Positions 60,528 through 64,000 of a stretch of DNA of 64,000 nucleotides are shown one piece after another. Made by a program: the position numbers and the translations under genes. The stretch spans positions 8,960,001 through 9,024,000 of the forward strand of contig OZ244999.1 in the NCBI GenBank assembly GCA_965223265.1. Direction: 5' to 3'. Origin of the DNA: Planctomycetota bacterium. GTDB taxonomy: Bacteria > Planctomycetota > UBA8108 > SXIK01. Position 1 is the stretch's first letter. Each line of letters opens with the position of its first letter. The notes beneath the pieces are model-generated. The model had not been told where the DNA came from and ran no database searches. It saw nothing but the letters and a program-made list of their open reading frames with translations.

Positions 60528-61139
60528 GTCTCCCTCCATGTTCGATGAAAATGCTCGGTGGGTCGCTGCCGCGGAGTTCCCGGGAAGCGGCAGTGAAGGG
60601 CCCTCTCTTCGAACAGCTCGTGAAGCAATCGCCGTGCCGCGGGCCCTTGGTATGGCTGCAGAAAGTGATCATGGGAAGGACGAACAAGTGATCGTAAGTG
60701 ATTCGATCGTGGTTGGTAACGTCAAGTGCTCCTGTCGACTCCGGGCAGGCTGTTTCCATGACTGAAACGCTTCGACTCGTCCTTTGGTAAAGGCTCGCTT
60801 ACATCTGCCTCGAGAGGAAACAACATCGGGTTGAGAGTGCGCCACCGCGTCGATGTTCGGCCTGGACCCGAGTGAGGCGAGCCTCAGTTCAGGGTTCGCG
60901 TTCTTGATCCGCCCGGCGGGCTGCGAGTGGCGGCCAGGCATTTGCTCCTCCTTTCGCCGGCGCCGGGGGCGCTCGCCGTGACGGACTGACAATGGCTCGT
61001 GGCACCCGGAGGGACTAAAAAAGCCGGGTTTCTCGCGCCCCCGACCCGATCCGCTGCGACGGGGGACCCGGACGATGGCGTCGCCGGGGTGTAATATGGA
61101 ATTTACGTTATAGGGTGACGATTCAACCCCAGGTTGAAG

Positions 61140-64000
61140 ATGCCTCTTCACAGCTCAGCACTTCCAGCGACGGTTTGCGGCTATCGTGTGCATCGCCTCT
61201 TGGCATCCGGGTCGTCCGCGCAGGCGCGAGCATACGTTGTGTCGCGTCCCGGCCACCGCCGCCCGTCCATTGTTCTTAAGGAACTTTCTGGAATTCACGG
61301 CGAACGTCTTGACCGTTTGCGCTCCGATTTCGCCGCGCTCTGCAGCCTGCAACACACCGCGCTACTGTTACCGACGGGCTGTTGCCGAGAGCCTTCCACG
61401 GGGCGCTGGTATCTGACACGGCCGTTCGTCGAGGCGACCGATTTTCTTGCAGCCGCCGGGTCGAGGCCGGCTCAGCTTCTCAGCTGGCTGATCGCGGCAG
61501 CTCAGTCACTCGAGCTTCTGCACCGTTTCGGATATGTCCACGGCAACGTGAAGAGCGAGAACCTGCTGGTGCCGAAGGCGCAGCGCAGTGCCGGTGGTTC
61601 CGGTGCTCGTCGGGTCCTGATCACAGATCCGGCGTGGTGGCCTCTCGATGGCCGTCGTCCATCCCGGCGACGCGCTAGCAACCCGCCGGCCGAACACGCC
61701 AACGATTTTGCGGCCGATCTTCACGCACTCGGGTCGGTTTTCTATCACCTCCTCAGGGGCGAGTCGCCAACAGGGGAGGCGAGTCACTTCTCCGACGTCG
61801 CCGAGAATTCGGATGCCCTCAGCCGTGACCTAGCACGCGTCATCCGAAAGCTGCTGCAGCCGCACCCGCAGCAGCGTTATCGAAGCTGCGCGACTCTGCT
61901 CGACGACTTGTATCGACTCCGGCCCTCTGGTTCCGACCGCAAGCTGGAAGTGCCGGAGTGTTTTGTCGGCCGCGAAGAAGAGCTCGAACGCGCCGACGGG
62001 CAGCTTCGCGCCCGAGGCGGCGACGGCATCGTTGTGATCGGCGGCGCTGCAGGAATGGGAAAGACGAGCTTCGTGCGACACCTGTGTGTTGCGCGCGAGA
62101 TCGAGGGCTACCGATGCGCTGTGCTCGCCCTCCGCATGCAGGCCGATTCGTCTCCAACCGTGTTTCGCGCGTTGGCGGCGTCGCTGATTCCAATCGGCGC
62201 CGAGGGGCGCAAGCTGCGGTCTCGATTCCGTTTTCTCATGGAGCAGCTTCTGACCGAGTCTCCTGATCACTGGACAGAGCCGGCGCATCGATTTGTCGTC
62301 CAGCAACTCGTCGACCTGTTTCGTGACGCGCTCGCTCGCTCGCGGACCTGTCTGGTTTTCGAGGACTTGCAACTCGCCGATCGACTCGCCATCGAGTTTG
62401 TCGTCGCTCTGATCAAACGTCTATCCTCTGGATGCTTTTGGGACGTTGAAGAGTCGTCACCTGTCGAGTCGCGTTTGCAAGTCATCGTCACCCACCGCAG
62501 CGAACGTCCGTTTCAAGCCTCCCTCGCATCACTTCTTCAGGCACTGCGGCGCGCAGAGGCGGTCGCTCTTCGCCTGGAGCTTCTTCCTCTGCACCGCAAG
62601 TGCGTCGATGAGTGGATCGATACGGCGACAGAGGGCTCGGGTCACACGCCTCGCGATCGGGTCCCTGAGCACGTGCGGGCGTCGGGGATTCCGCTTGCCG
62701 TTCACGAAGCTCTGCGGCTTGGCGGCGGATTGGCCGACGAAGGTCCGAGAATGGAAGGGCTCTCTGACGTCCATCGCCGTTATTTGGAATCGCTGCCGCC
62801 GGACGACCAGGCGATACTGACGGCGCTCGCCTTGCTGAATCGGCCAGCTTCAGAGCACGTCCTAGCTGCAGTGACGGGACGGCCAAAGAGCGCCGTGCGG
62901 TCCTGCCTTCAAGCGCTGGTGAGCGATTCGACACTCGTCGAAGATGCTGACCTCTATGTGTTTCGTCACAACTCATTCTCCGCTTGGCTTCGCGAGGGAC
63001 TAGAGCGCGATGAGAAAGCGAAGCTGCACAGCCGTATAGCAAGTTGGCTTGAGACTGATCCAGCCGCAAGTATCGAGGAGAACGCGCACCACTGGCTGCG
63101 CTCGCACGATCCCAGGCGCGGCCTCGAGTCTGCAGTTGAAGCAGCTCGAAACTTGGCGCGCAACTACGAGTATCAACGCGCTATCGACTACTACGAGGCG
63201 GTCGTGAAGTTACTCTCGGAGGAGAGTCCGGACCGCCGCAGCCTGGTGGAGGAGATGGCTGAGGCCTACTCGCGTGCTGGCCAGCATCGGCGGGCATTCG
63301 AGATTGCGAGCTCCTTGATCGGAACACAGGGGTCTCCGGAGGCGGAAGGCCGCCTGCAAGGTCGGATTGGTTCGTTCGCACACCGCGCCGGTGAGATCGA
63401 CGACGCCGTGGAGCATCTGGAGCAGGGCCGACGCCTCCTCGCCTCCTCAACTCAGGCGGACCTCGTGCGGGAGCGCGGTTGGATCGAGTCCGAACTCGCC
63501 GAAATCGCCAGCAATCGAGGCGACTATGCTAGCGCGGAGGCGCTGTGCAGCGAGGGTTTGAGAGCCGTCGATCAATGCACCGAGGATTCGCGAAGTCGGC
63601 GTCTTATGATGATTCTCGTGGAGACCCTTGCTCACGTCCACCTGCGGCGTTTCGAGTACGACGAAGCCCGACGCCTCTTCGAACGAAGCCTCCGCATCAG
63701 CGAAGAGCTCGGCACAGCCCCCGAGACGAGCCTCATTCTCAATAACCTTGGCATTCTCCACAACCAGCAGAATCGATTCGAGCAGGCAATCGAGTGTTAC
63801 TCTCAGGCCTCGGCGCTGTCGCAGCAACTGGGAGACGAGGTGGCACTCGTCAACGTCGAATCGAACTTAGCGCTCCTTTACGCCAAGACCGGCGATCTTC
63901 GGCATGCCGACGCCGCGCTGCGTCGCGCCGTTCGCTACGAGTCGCAGTGTGACTCTAGCCGCAGCCGATTCATGCGTCTGCATTCTGCGGGAGTGGTCGA
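61140..64000 (+). CDS. Protein-kinase-like / P-loop ATPase (AAA_16, STAND-like) / TPR protein, truncated by the window end
   Basis: Absent from the ORF track because it has no stop in the window. Motifs in one frame from ATG 61140: YRVHRLLASG, HGNVKSENLL, ADLHALG, FVGREEEL, GGAAGMGKTS, LVFEDLQLAD, LNNLGILHNQQNRFEQAIECYSQA. Frame checked at motifs, not codon by codon. Confidence 0.85.
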   Translation, partial: MPLHSSALPATVCGYRVHRLLASGSSAQARAYVVSRPGHRRPSIVLKELSGIHGERLDRLRSDFAALCSLQHTALLLPTGCCREPSTGRWYLTRPFVEATDFLAAAGSRPAQLLSWLIAAAQSLELLHRFGYVHGNVKSENLLVPKAQRSAGGSGARRVLITDPAWWPLDGRRPSRRRASNPPAEHANDFAADLHALGSVFYHLLRGESPTGEASHFSDVAENSDALSRDLARVIRKLLQPHPQQRYRSCATLLDDLYRLRPSGSDRKLEVPECFVGREEELERADGQLRARGGDGIVVIGGAAGMGKTSFVRHLCVAREIEGYRCAVLALRMQADSSPTVFRALAASLIPIGAEGRKLRSRFRFLMEQLLTESPDHWTEPAHRFVVQQLVDLFRDALARSRTCLVFEDLQLADRLAIEFVVALIKRLSSGCFWDVEESSPVESRLQVIVTHRSERPFQASLASLLQALRRAEAVALRLELLPLHRKCVDEWIDTATEGSGHTPRDRVPEHVRASGIPLAVHEALRLGGGLADEGPRMEGLSDVHRRYLESLPPDDQAILTALALLNRPASEHVLAAVTGRPKSAVRSCLQALVSDSTLVEDADLYVFRHNSFSAWLREGLERDEKAKLHSRIASWLETDPAASIEENAHHWLRSHDPRRGLESAVEAARNLARNYEYQRAIDYYEAVVKLLSEESPDRRSLVEEMAEAYSRAGQHRRAFEIASSLIGTQGSPEAEGRLQGRIGSFAHRAGEIDDAVEHLEQGRRLLASSTQADLVRERGWIESELAEIASNRGDYASAEALCSEGLRAVDQCTEDSRSRRLMMILVETLAHVHLRRFEYDEARRLFERSLRISEELGTAPETSLILNNLGILHNQQNRFEQAIECYSQASALSQQLGDEVALVNVESNLALLYAKTGDLRHADAALRRAVRYESQCDSSRSRFMRLHSAGVV

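Overview
High-GC chromosomal window, very likely from a Planctomycetota genome: two DUF1549/DUF1553 cytochrome-c proteins, two DUF1501 proteins, a planctomycete-type GSDH/dihaem protein and an 'FLRGDxNxDG' dockerin-like protein. Most of it is accessory catabolic, transport and envelope genes. No rRNA, tRNA or CRISPR array was seen. The most interesting region is 18.3-22.7 kb. Two convergent 107-aa four-helix-bundle (23S-IVP/Avd-like) paralogs each carry a conserved, structured non-coding leader whose 42-nt core is 41/42 identical, although the proteins are only about 53% identical. Both are bracketed by strand-asymmetric hexamer tracts. A roughly 2.65-kb large-serine-recombinase element has inserted into the leader of the second copy, and its ends can be reconstructed at a GT core. 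Also present: a second, gene-less ~90-nt structured repeat (2 copies) in the same hexamer-tract context, a palindromic MITE family (3 copies), GTAG-type REP/REPIN sequences, a Rab-like small-GTPase signalling operon (coiled-coil, BON-repeat/OmpA, GTPase, cytoplasmic HisKA_3 kinase, with a divergent NarL regulator), and a pseudokinase-ATPase-TPR gene running off the right edge. All calls come from motif recognition by eye; no searches were run.
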